Counted from the stretch's first letter, positions 42,754 through 50,646 are shown. The stretch: DNA of 60,628 nucleotides from a virus (IMGVR_UViG_3300020811_000088:1-60628), one strand, 5' to 3'. Numbers and translations: made by a program. Notes: generated from the letters alone by a model not told the origin.

Positions 42754-43209
42754 TTAAAAAGGTGTTTCGGTTTCTGGTGGCTTGGGTGCGTCAGGCTGGC
42801 TAGCGTCTTCGCCACACTTGATTTCGTACTTTGGCACGGTCTCGTATGCGACGATCACGCGGCGGCATTCAGGGCCGTCGGCTGTAAGTTCTGCATCGAC
42901 GCGAATCCACGGAGCCTTCTTGCATTTGAACTCACGCCATGAGTACTCAGCTTGGTCATGCGTGTTGTCGAACTCGATGCCAAGCGATGCCTCCAAACTT
43001 TCGATCAGAGGCTCAACGTCTTTGATGCGCTCGACCTTTACCCGGATCAGGATTTGGTTGGACATCACCATCAGCGTAGGCTTAATGAATGGCTCCAATG
43101 GAGTCAAGGCGGCGTCGATGCGTGCCATGTGCTGGTACATGCCCTGAGTGTTCTCAATGTATCGTTTGTATGCCTCAATCTGATCGTCGATCAATTTAAA
43201 GTTGTTCAT
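42754..43209 (-). CDS. Hypothetical protein, first gene of the leftward early operon
   Basis: 151-aa ORF. Confidence 0.55.
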   Translation of the reverse strand: MNNFKLIDDQIEAYKRYIENTQGMYQHMARIDAALTPLEPFIKPTLMVMSNQILIRVKVERIKDVEPLIESLEASLGIEFDNTHDQAEYSWREFKCKKAPWIRVDAELTADGPECRRVIVAYETVPKYEIKCGEDASQPDAPKPPETETPF

Positions 43210-43264
43210 GGTTTGCCTTTGGAAATAAAAGTTTTTTGCTGAGCGCCGGTCTGTTTTTCAGGCC

Positions 43265-43286
43265 GCGACTTATTTGTGTAAGTCGC
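43265..43286. promoter_or_regulatory. Copy 2 of the conserved hairpin, in the 5' leader of the leftward operon
   Basis: GCGACTTA-TTTGTG-TAAGTCGC. Confidence 0.7.
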
Positions 43287-43340
43287 CGGAGGGCATTGTT
43301 TCATCTCTTCTACCTGCCAACAAGATAGTGCATCTACCTG

Positions 43341-43368
43341 TTGACATGGCTGTAGTTTACTGTAGAAT
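43341..43368 (+). promoter_or_regulatory. Sigma70-type rightward early promoter
   Basis: TTGACA (43341..46), 16-nt spacer, TAGAAT (43363..68); CTACCTG direct repeats at 43310 and 43334. Confidence 0.55.
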
Positions 43369-43403
43369 GCTGGACATCGTCAACATCTTTTTGGAGATTT
43401 TTT

Positions 43404-43580
43404 ATGAGCGATGGTGGAAAGGGTTCTGGTCGTCGGCCCAAGGCGATCAGTGACCAGCAGTACGAGCAACGATGGGATTTAATTTTTGGAAAGGACCAAG
43501 ATGACACAAGCACCCCAGCCCAAAGTGGACAACAACCCGTTCACAAATTGGAAGACGGGCCCCAGCCTGTTGGCCAATGA
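43404..43580 (+). CDS. Small protein MSDGGKGSGRRPKAISDQQYEQRWDLIFGK... (3' end uncertain)
   Basis: GGAG RBS. As assembled it overlaps the next gene by 80 nt. One added base near 43484..43495 would end it at the TGA overlapping ATG 43501. Confidence 0.4.
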   Translation: MSDGGKGSGRRPKAISDQQYEQRWDLIFGKDQDDTSTPAQSGQQPVHKLEDGPQPVGQ

Positions 43581-43671
43581 CAAGTCTCTTGCGCGTTCGC
43601 GAGTGGCGTCACGCAACAAGAACAAGTTCACGCCGGCACCGCTGAACGTCAGCTTCAAACGAAAGGATTGA
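43501..43671 (+). CDS. Hypothetical small basic protein
   Basis: AAAGGA RBS before MTQAPQPKVDNNPF. Confidence 0.45.
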   Translation: MTQAPQPKVDNNPFTNWKTGPSLLANDKSLARSRVASRNKNKFTPAPLNVSFKRKD

Positions 43672-43672
43672 C

Positions 43673-43825
43673 ATGGAAGAAGCGCGGCAAAAATTCGAGG
43701 CTTTGATCGAAGCCAAAGGGCGCGGAGCTCCTGAATGGAGTGGCACACGCTACACCAACGACAACATTCAAACTTACTGGCGCTGGTTTTACCTGGGCTG
43801 GACAATGACCAAAGGAAACACATGA
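43673..43825 (+). CDS. 50-aa ORF (below the track cutoff), Trp-rich C-terminus
   Basis: AAGGA RBS; MEEARQKFEALIEAKGRGAPEWSGTRYTNDNIQTYWRWFYLGWTMTKGNT*; ATGA overlap with the ParB-like gene. Confidence 0.45.
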   Translation: MEEARQKFEALIEAKGRGAPEWSGTRYTNDNIQTYWRWFYLGWTMTKGNT

Positions 43826-44652
43826 AAGTAATGAACATCGCAGCCCTGGTGCTGGACGAGGCAATGCAGTCTCGCGTTGAGATCAACGAAGACACTGTCA
43901 CTGAATACGCGCACGACATTGAGGCAGGGGACGTCTTCCCGCCGGTTACTGTGTTCTTCACGGGCACGCATTACTTCTTGGCTGATGGCTACCACCGTTA
44001 CTTTGGCCACAAGCGCGCGGGCAAGGTCAGCATTCAGTGCAACGTCATCAACGGCACAAAGCGTGATGCGATCTTCTTCTCGACCGCAGCCAATGCCAAG
44101 CACGGCATGCGCAGGTCATACGCCGATCGTCGCAAAGCAGTGATGACATTGCTTGACGATTTTGAGTGGGGTCAAAAGAGCAACACCGAGATTGCAAAAC
44201 ACTGCGGCGTGTCGGTTTCGTTCGTATCCAACTTGCGTAACTCAAGCGGCAAGATGCCCGACAAGATCGAGTACAAGACGCCAAGCGGCGAGACAAAGAC
44301 CAAGGTTAAAGCCAGCGGCCGCCCCGTCAAGGCCAAGGACCCCGAGCCAGAGCCAGAGCCAGAAGCAGAGCAGCCTGAAGCAGCCTTTGATCCGCGTGAC
44401 GAGCTCATCGAAGCCCTGACCAAAGAAAATGCAGAGTTAACACAGCGACTCGCAGTTTCTGCTATGGAAGGCACTGACGAAGAGAAGCAGTCGGCCAACG
44501 AGTTAATCACCGATCTGACTGAGAAGCTGCGCATTGCTGAGATCGAGATCGTCTCGCTCAAAGGCAGTCGTGATCGCTTCCAGAACGAGTGCGCGCAGCT
44601 CAAGAAACAAGTGGCCGCACAGCAACGTCAACTCAAGAAGTACGAATCATGA
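43822..44652 (+). CDS. ParB/Srx-fold N-terminal domain protein with HTH and acidic coiled-coil C-terminus
   Basis: FPPVTVFFTGTHYFLADGYHRYFGHKRAG (DGxHR motif); NTEIAKHCGVSVSFVSNLR. Confidence 0.65.
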   Translation: MKVMNIAALVLDEAMQSRVEINEDTVTEYAHDIEAGDVFPPVTVFFTGTHYFLADGYHRYFGHKRAGKVSIQCNVINGTKRDAIFFSTAANAKHGMRRSYADRRKAVMTLLDDFEWGQKSNTEIAKHCGVSVSFVSNLRNSSGKMPDKIEYKTPSGETKTKVKASGRPVKAKDPEPEPEPEAEQPEAAFDPRDELIEALTKENAELTQRLAVSAMEGTDEEKQSANELITDLTEKLRIAEIEIVSLKGSRDRFQNECAQLKKQVAAQQRQLKKYES

Positions 44653-44885
44653 GCCGCACAGTAAGCGTGAACACTTGGGTTGAGGTCGATATTGATCTTG
44701 ATGAGGTTGACGACGATGACTTGATTGAAGAGTTAAAGTCGCGCAGCCTTGGCAACCAAGTAAACCTTGCAAATACTGACGAGGATATTGCCGAAATGTT
44801 CTACGCATTCAAGCTGGGACAAACAAACCGAGCTGTAGAGTTGGCCAAGAAGATCGCTCAAGATCACATGGGCCGCATACTGTAA
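44649..44885 (+). CDS. Highly acidic small protein
   Basis: VEVDIDLDEVDDDDLIEEL patch; ATGA coupling. Confidence 0.45.
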   Translation: MSRTVSVNTWVEVDIDLDEVDDDDLIEELKSRSLGNQVNLANTDEDIAEMFYAFKLGQTNRAVELAKKIAQDHMGRIL

Positions 44886-44929
44886 CCATTGCCCAAGCCG
44901 GCGGGCATGTGTGCCGGCAGGAGAAAACT

Positions 44930-46402
44930 ATGTCACTGAAATTACGCGAGTATCAGGAGAAAACTCTTGATGCTCTTCGCCAAGGCTTTGCCGATGGGCA
45001 CCGGGCTCAAATACTTTACAGCCCCACTGGAGGCGGCAAGACAGAGATGGCCATCGCTCTGCTTGAAGCCACCATGAAGAAGGGCAACCGGTCTGCAATG
45101 ATTCTTGACCGGATCATTCTCACCGATCAAACCAGCCAGCGTCTTGAGAAGTACAAGATCGAGCACGGCGTCTTGATGGCCGGCCACTGGCGGTATCGGC
45201 CATACGAGCACATCCAGATCTGCTCAGCACAGACCATCGAAAAGCGCGGCAGCTTTCCCGGCTTGTCGCTCATGATCGTGGATGAGTGTCATGCCAAGCG
45301 CGCGCAGACCATTGAGTTCATCAAGAACAACCCAGAGATCAAAGTGATCGGTCTCTCGGCTACGCCATTCACCAAGGGGCTTGGCGATACGTACAAGAAC
45401 GTGGTCAGCACGGTCACCACCAAGGAGCTTGTCGATCAGAAGGTGCTGGCACCCTTGCGTGTGTTCATTGCCAAAGAGATCGACATGACCGGCGCCAAGA
45501 AGGTGGCCGGCGAATGGTCTGCCAAGGAGACTGAGAAGCGCGGGATGCAGATCACCGGCGACATTGTGTCCGAGTGGATCAAGAAGACGCACGAGATCTT
45601 TGGCAAGCCAGTCAAGACCATTGTGTTTTGCGCTGGCGTGGCTCATGGCGCCGAGCTGTCCAAGAAGTTTGCCGAAGAGGGCTACAACTTTGTCAGCATC
45701 AGTTACAAGGATGACGGCACGTTCAAGCAAGACGTGATCGAAGACTTTGCCCGGCCGGACACGGAGATCCACGGCCTGATCGCCACCGACATCTTGACCA
45801 AAGGCTTCGACGTTCCTGACGTGAAGATCGGTGTATCGGCACGGCCATTCAGCAAGTCATTATCTTCACACATCCAGCAAATGGGTCGTGTAATGCGCAG
45901 CCACCCAGACAAAGAGTACGGCGTCTGGCTGTGCCACAGTGGCAACTACCTGCGCTTCCAGGAGGACTGGGAAGAGGTCTACAACAACGGCGTTCACGAA
46001 CTCGACGACACTCGCGAGAAGCCCAAGAAGGAAAAGACCGACAAGGAGAAGGAGGCAGCCAAGTGCCCGATGTGCGGCCACCTTTGGCCAAGCCAGTCAG
46101 ACACTTGCCTCAACTGCGGCCACGTCCGCGAGCGCAAGAACAAAGTGCAAGAAGTCGCAGGGGAAATGGAGGAGCTGGCACCCAGCGCAAGTCGGGACAC
46201 CAAGCAAGAGTGGTATGGAATGTGCCAGTACATGGTCAAGTACCGAGGCTGGAGCACAGGCCGCGCAGCCCACACCTACAAAGACAAGTTTGGCGTCTGG
46301 CCAAGAGGACTTGCTGATACGCCTGTCCTACCCTCGAAAGAGTTTGACAAGGCGGTCAAGGCGGCGTTGATTCGTTACCTCAAAGGAAAGAAGGCGGCCT
46401 GA
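44930..46402 (+). CDS. SF2 (DEAH/ResIII-type) DNA helicase with C-terminal zinc ribbon
   Basis: SPTGGGKTEMA (Walker A), MIVDECH (DExH), LSATPF, QQMGRVMR, CPMCG...CLNCGH; AGGAG RBS. Confidence 0.8.
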   Translation: MSLKLREYQEKTLDALRQGFADGHRAQILYSPTGGGKTEMAIALLEATMKKGNRSAMILDRIILTDQTSQRLEKYKIEHGVLMAGHWRYRPYEHIQICSAQTIEKRGSFPGLSLMIVDECHAKRAQTIEFIKNNPEIKVIGLSATPFTKGLGDTYKNVVSTVTTKELVDQKVLAPLRVFIAKEIDMTGAKKVAGEWSAKETEKRGMQITGDIVSEWIKKTHEIFGKPVKTIVFCAGVAHGAELSKKFAEEGYNFVSISYKDDGTFKQDVIEDFARPDTEIHGLIATDILTKGFDVPDVKIGVSARPFSKSLSSHIQQMGRVMRSHPDKEYGVWLCHSGNYLRFQEDWEEVYNNGVHELDDTREKPKKEKTDKEKEAAKCPMCGHLWPSQSDTCLNCGHVRERKNKVQEVAGEMEELAPSASRDTKQEWYGMCQYMVKYRGWSTGRAAHTYKDKFGVWPRGLADTPVLPSKEFDKAVKAALIRYLKGKKAA

Positions 46403-47225
46403 TGGACTTCATCTCATTCGCAAGGCTGCATGGCATCATCATCGATCACGAGCCGCGCATCGGCCTGTGGCGTCGCTATGCCACAGAGGACAAGCCATCC
46501 CATAAAAATGGGGCGGTTAAGTTCATGGGCGATCATGCCTTCATTCAAAACCATGCCACCATGACCGAGATTGTGGTCTGGAAGGCCGATGCCGATGCCA
46601 AGATTGACCTGGAAAAGATCAAGCGCATCGCGCAGCAGGCAGACCAGGACATCAAGCGCAAGCAGATCGAAGCAGCCAAGACTGCAGCATGGATGCTCAA
46701 GGAAAGCCAGATCGCTACGCACCCATACCTCGCAGCCAAAGGATTCGCGGACGAGCAGGGCAACATCTACGTGAAAGATGATGTGCTGCTCATGCTTATC
46801 CCTATGCGGGTTGGCGCACACTTGGTGGGCGTGCAGATCATTGAGCCAGAGGGCAAGAAGAAGTTTTTGTTCGGCCAGCGCACCAGCAATGCTGAGTTTG
46901 TCTGGGACAACAAAGGCCCACACATTCTGTGCGAAGGCTATGCCACTGGCCTGTCAATTCGGGCGGCAATGAAAGCGCTGAAGCGGCGGTACACATTGCA
47001 CGTATGCTTTTCCGCAGGCAACATGGAAAAAATCGCAGCATCTTTGCCGGGGGGATTTGTGGTGGCCGACAACGATCTGAGTCAGACCGGTTTGAACACG
47101 GCCAAAAAATAGGGTGGCCGTATTTCATGCCACCCACTGCGGGTCAAGACTTTAATGATTTTGCGGCCAGCGTAGGCTTGTTCAAGTCCAGCCAAGCCTT
47201 GGCCAAGTCACTGCCACTGCGTTGA
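46402..47225 (+). CDS. TOPRIM-domain DNA primase, split by a 1-nt deficit in A6 run 47104..47109
   Basis: ILCEGYATGLSI and FVVADNDLSQTG (toprim E and DxD). ...LNTAKK* continues in frame -1 as IGWPYFMPPTAGQDFNDFAASVGLFKS... (ORF 46929..47225). Confidence 0.7.
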
Positions 47226-47408
47226 GTATTCAAGTGGCTGCACGGCCAGCCGCTCCGGCCAGTTCTGTGCAGCCACCTTGAGGTTAGCCATCACCTCGAT
47301 GCCAATTTCGTATGCGTTGACGCCATCGCCAGCGGCCTCGCATACGACCTTGACCAGTCCTGTTTCATCTTCAAACAGGTGAATCGAGAACAGCGTCTGG
47401 GGCTTCAT
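47208..47408 (-). CDS. Hypothetical small protein
   Basis: MKPQTLFSIHLFEDETGLVKVVCEAAGDG... Confidence 0.45.
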   Translation of the reverse strand: MKPQTLFSIHLFEDETGLVKVVCEAAGDGVNAYEIGIEVMANLKVAAQNWPERLAVQPLEYSTQWQ

Positions 47409-47642
47409 GGATTGACACAATCGTGGTGGTGGTTGTGTCATCATCATAGATGAAAGCCAGCTTGTGGATTAATTTAATTAACGCGGACCGGGATGCGGAT
47501 TCGATAAACAGCTCGACCTCCGCACTACGTCGCAGTTTTACCCGGTAGATCACGGGCGCCACCACAGCACGTCGCAAGCCACGACCATCAGGCAAAGCAG
47601 AAAAACGACGCGCTCGAAGCGCTCCCACGGTGTTGATTTCAT
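47371..47642 (-). CDS. Small TM protein, split by a 1-nt deficit near GGG 47554..47556 (+ strand)
   Basis: GAGGGG RBS; MKSTPWERFERVVFLLCLMVVACDVLWWRP* continues in frame -1 as VIYRVKLRRSAEVELFIES... Confidence 0.4.
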
Positions 47643-47651
47643 GTCGGCCCC

Positions 47652-47867
47652 TCAGCGGTTGGCCAAAGCTTCAAGGCACTCATTTGCGCACTCTTTCCAA
47701 GCGGCCTGAGCAATGAAGGTTTCACGCTCCCACGGGGCAGCGGCGCGCGTCTTCTCCGCATAATCGCGGATCGCCTCCAGCACGAAGGCTTGGATCAGCG
47801 CTCCTTGGCCTGAGTGGGTCATCAGTTCGTGAATGAATGCGGTGTTAGATTTGGTGAGTAATTTCAT
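47652..47867 (-). CDS. Hypothetical small protein
   Basis: 71-aa ORF. Confidence 0.5.
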   Translation of the reverse strand: MKLLTKSNTAFIHELMTHSGQGALIQAFVLEAIRDYAEKTRAAAPWERETFIAQAAWKECANECLEALANR

Positions 47868-48045
47868 GGTTTCGCTCCAGTAGTATTTCGGCAGCCAGTT
47901 TGCAAGCGGCCTTCAGTTGATCGGTTGATTGTTTTTCAAGGGCGGCAGTTAACCCCAAAGCCTCCCGCATTTGGTTGTGAGTTCTCGCGCGTGCCCCAAT
48001 TAAGTAGGCGCAAGTGAGCGGGTTGTCGGCTTCGGGGAAGTTCAT
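47845..48045 (-). CDS. Hypothetical small protein (C-terminal frame questionable)
   Basis: MNFPEADNPLTCAYLIGARARTHNQ... A -1 frame near the end would give ...TTGAKP* with the ATGA coupling typical of this operon. Confidence 0.45.
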   Translation of the reverse strand: MNFPEADNPLTCAYLIGARARTHNQMREALGLTAALEKQSTDQLKAACKLAAEILLERNHEITHQI

Positions 48046-48227
48046 TTTGTCTGTCTGGCTTCTTGTCGGCCAGTCTCCACAAGTTGGCGCGCGTCGGTGC
48101 GGTCGTCGATTGTCTCGGCCTCCAGCATCACGCGAATGGCCTGCGATGCGGCCGCGCACTGGTTCGGCGTGTTGGCCCGCTCGTATTTAAAACCGGCATT
48201 TATGTAAGCGGCTTCGGGGTGTTTCAT
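48042..48227 (-). CDS. Hypothetical small protein
   Basis: AGGAG RBS in the conserved junction CAGGAGCAGACAGCATGAAA. Confidence 0.5.
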   Translation of the reverse strand: MKHPEAAYINAGFKYERANTPNQCAAASQAIRVMLEAETIDDRTDARQLVETGRQEARQTK

Positions 48228-48493
48228 GCTGTCTGCTCCTTGTTGGTGTTCATGCTTTCCAATAATTCGGCGGTGGCTCGGCCGCGTTGGTAATGCGTAT
48301 CCCATTGGTTCCGGTCTGGGTGGTCGTAGGATCGGGGAGGCGCATTGTCAAAACCTCGCTGCCAGTCGGCTCGGGCTCCCGGTGTGCAATATGGGTTTAA
48401 ATCGTGGTCGTGTTCTTGGTGGCGCTTTATGTTTCCAGCGGCGGCTGTGCGCGCCCATTTTTTCACCTCGTCGGGCGTATTGAATCGGCTCAT
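48224..48493 (-). CDS. Hypothetical small protein ending ...NKEQTA
   Basis: AGGAG RBS before MSRFNTPDEVKKW. Confidence 0.5.
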   Translation of the reverse strand: MSRFNTPDEVKKWARTAAAGNIKRHQEHDHDLNPYCTPGARADWQRGFDNAPPRSYDHPDRNQWDTHYQRGRATAELLESMNTNKEQTA

Positions 48494-48563
48494 GTTGTTG
48501 GCTCCTGTTGTCGGGACAATTCCCGCGCAAACCCTCGGGCAAGGGCTTGCACTGGCGCTGTCA
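48491..48563. repeat. Intergenic cassette copy A (stop-CAGCGCCAG / variable hairpin / GCGGGAATTGTCCCGA-AACAGGAG-start, read on the - strand)
   Basis: Aligns with 50016..50088: shared CTCCTGTT(G)TCGGGACAATTCCCGC and CTGGCGCTGTCA blocks on the + strand. Confidence 0.7.
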
Positions 48564-48707
48564 TGCTTCGGGGCAGTCCGGGTTGTGGCACTCGTCGTGC
48601 TCGTCCAAGTCATGCCCACAATAAACGCATGGCTCGGGCTCGGCGTCCTCTGGCTCGTTCAAATAGTCGGCCAGCATTTTGTCGAAGTGATAATCCAGCC
48701 CTTTCAT
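48561..48707 (-). CDS. 48-aa Cys/His small protein (CVYCGHDLDEHDECHNPDC)
   Basis: Start at the conserved junction; in frame with ORF 48561..48869. Confidence 0.45.
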   Translation of the reverse strand: MKGLDYHFDKMLADYLNEPEDAEPEPCVYCGHDLDEHDECHNPDCPEA

Positions 48708-49390
48708 GCTGTCTGCTCCTGAACAATCGGGATCAATCGGCGGGCTTTCCGGTCGGTTTCTTTTGCCTTCGTGCCATGGGCTCGGAAGCCAATGATCTGA
48801 CGGCGGTCGGCCTTCTGGCACAGTCCGCAAACTGCGCACGTCATGTAATTGACGGTCTGAGCGGGGCAAACCAGCACCGGGCGGCCTTGAGGCGTGGTCG
48901 TGTGCTTCGGGGTATCAATCGGCACAATGGCCACGACGGGTAAGCCATGGGCGGCCAGCTCGTCGGCCTCTCCAACGTCGTCGGCGCTCAGATTGATTGT
49001 GAAGCCCCATTCAGTCGCATGGCGCGCCCATTTGATCGCGTCGGCGCTTTTCTTGTGGGTGTACGTGAAGCCCTTGCGGCCACGGTTAGCGGCCACGATC
49101 TGGCCAAGTTCCACGGCGTCCACGGCCTCGCCCTCTCCGCTAATGTCTCCGGCGACGTTATGCCTCCAGATCTGGCCCTCGGGCATGGCCTCAATGAAGC
49201 GCACCAGCGCGGCCAGCTCGACGCCACGGGTCGGCACTTTGTCCCAAGTCATGCGAGTATGAAAGCCCTCTGCATAACAGTCGTCAAGGTAATGCGGGCA
49301 GCTCGGCGGGCACGTCTCGCGCTGAGAATACGTGACGGGAATCGGCCCGGTTTTCATGTTGCTTGATTGTTTAACGGCTTGGAATTTCAT
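48704..49390 (-). CDS. Hypothetical Cys-rich protein (TCPPSCPHYLDDCYAEG ... CAVCGLC)
   Basis: 228-aa ORF from MKFQAVKQ, coupled by ATGA at both ends; family not recognised with confidence. Confidence 0.5.
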   Translation of the reverse strand: MKFQAVKQSSNMKTGPIPVTYSQRETCPPSCPHYLDDCYAEGFHTRMTWDKVPTRGVELAALVRFIEAMPEGQIWRHNVAGDISGEGEAVDAVELGQIVAANRGRKGFTYTHKKSADAIKWARHATEWGFTINLSADDVGEADELAAHGLPVVAIVPIDTPKHTTTPQGRPVLVCPAQTVNYMTCAVCGLCQKADRRQIIGFRAHGTKAKETDRKARRLIPIVQEQTA

Positions 49391-49653
49391 GCTTGTGCTC
49401 CGATGTTTTTGACGATTAAGCGGCCAGCGGGTACGCCAGCGCGCTCGGCGATGGCCAGCTCTGCAGCCAGATCCTGCCCCCCATTTCGGCCGATCCAGCC
49501 GTGACCAGTCCAGCCCCACTGTGTTTTCTGCACTAGGATTCGATTCTCTCCCCATTGCAGCGAGATCCAAGTCTTCCCGGCTTTGGCGGCTTTACGGATA
49601 GCAGCGCGCAGCGTGACAACGCTCGGCTTGTTGGTGTATTCAATTTCGATCAT
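49387..49653 (-). CDS. Hypothetical small protein
   Basis: 88-aa ORF. Confidence 0.5.
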   Translation of the reverse strand: MIEIEYTNKPSVVTLRAAIRKAAKAGKTWISLQWGENRILVQKTQWGWTGHGWIGRNGGQDLAAELAIAERAGVPAGRLIVKNIGAQA

Positions 49654-49664
49654 GATTTTGGCTT

Positions 49665-50018
49665 TCAGTGGTTAACGGTGCGGGCGGTCACGTTCATGCG
49701 CGTGCTCTCTTTGCTGACGGTCGTATGGGCTTGGATCAACTGGCGCGAAGGGTTAAGACGCTGAGCGATCCCAGCCCAGTCGATCACGGCGCGGCCGGCG
49801 CATTGTGCGAAGCTCACGCGGTACAGTTTGCCCTCGATGCGTGGAAGTCCGGCGGCCTCCAGCTCGGTGCGTAGCTTGTCGGCATCATCCTGAAGGGCAG
49901 CGATCTGCGCGCGTAGCAGTCCGAGACGGTCGGCTTTTTCGCTAATGGTCTCGCCGACGTGAAGGCTTGGATTAATGAAAATCGATTGCGTGAAGGCGTG
50001 GAAGTCTTGAGGCGTCAT
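49665..50018 (-). CDS. Hypothetical coiled-coil protein
   Basis: Start MTPQDFHAF after the AGGAG of cassette copy B. Confidence 0.5.
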   Translation of the reverse strand: MTPQDFHAFTQSIFINPSLHVGETISEKADRLGLLRAQIAALQDDADKLRTELEAAGLPRIEGKLYRVSFAQCAGRAVIDWAGIAQRLNPSRQLIQAHTTVSKESTRMNVTARTVNH

Positions 50019-50088
50019 GGTTGTTTCTCCTGTTTCGGGACAATTCCCGCTACTGCCCCAGCTCGTGAGGCAGTCGCTGGCGCTGTCA
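50016..50088. repeat. Intergenic cassette copy B
   Basis: See 48491..48563; the variable hairpin here is CTGCC-ccagctcgtga-GGCAG. Confidence 0.7.
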
Positions 50089-50295
50089 GATCGTGCGGTA
50101 AGCGCTGGCCAAAATATCGCGGGCGGCTTGCTGGCTGAGATCCAGATCCAGTAATTGCAGCTCTCCGGTATATCGCTCGATAATCGCGCGGCCGGTGGCT
50201 TTGTTCTCTGGCGAAGCCGGGCGGCCCTTGAGGGGTTTAATCTCCGCAATAAAGGCGGCCAGTAATTTGGGCCTAAGGTCTTTTGATAATTTCAT
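50086..50295 (-). CDS. Hypothetical small protein
   Basis: 69-aa ORF. Confidence 0.5.
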   Translation of the reverse strand: MKLSKDLRPKLLAAFIAEIKPLKGRPASPENKATGRAIIERYTGELQLLDLDLSQQAARDILASAYRTI

Positions 50296-50313
50296 GGTGG
50301 TTCTCCGGTTGGT

Positions 50314-50646
50314 TTAGAAGGGAATATCGTCGGCGCCCATATCGACGGGCGCGGGCTTGGCGCGTGGCAGCGCGGGGTAGACAAAGAAGTCGCACTCGAC
50401 TGGCTCGTCGGGATACTGGTCGGCAGCGAAGCGGTCGGCCTCGGCCCGAGTCTCGAAAGTGGCCAGAAGCTCGCGGTAAGGGTTCCGCAATAAGGCGTCA
50501 GTTCTCCGGCAGTAGCTCGGGGCCTCGTACACGACGGCGAAGCGGCCCGAGTCAACGACGGCCTTGATCGCCCGAGAGGCGTCGGCCCCCTCGTGGAAGG
50601 CCTCCAGCGTGCTGACCTCATAGGCCATTTGGTGGGCGTGGCTCAT
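50314..50646 (-). CDS. Hypothetical protein carrying an SSB-like C-terminal tip (…DMGADDIPF)
   Basis: GGGAG RBS before MSHAHQMAYEV; the last residues DDIPF match the tail of the phage SSB (DDSDIPF). Confidence 0.55.
   Translation of the reverse strand: MSHAHQMAYEVSTLEAFHEGADASRAIKAVVDSGRFAVVYEAPSYCRRTDALLRNPYRELLATFETRAEADRFAADQYPDEPVECDFFVYPALPRAKPAPVDMGADDIPF

Noticed and set aside
43822-44652. Interpreting the ParB-like gene as evidence for a plasmid-prophage partition system.
   Set aside because: There is no ParA ATPase and no obvious parS repeat array, and no lysogeny genes were recognised. ParB/Srx-fold nuclease-like proteins are common in lytic phage replication modules.
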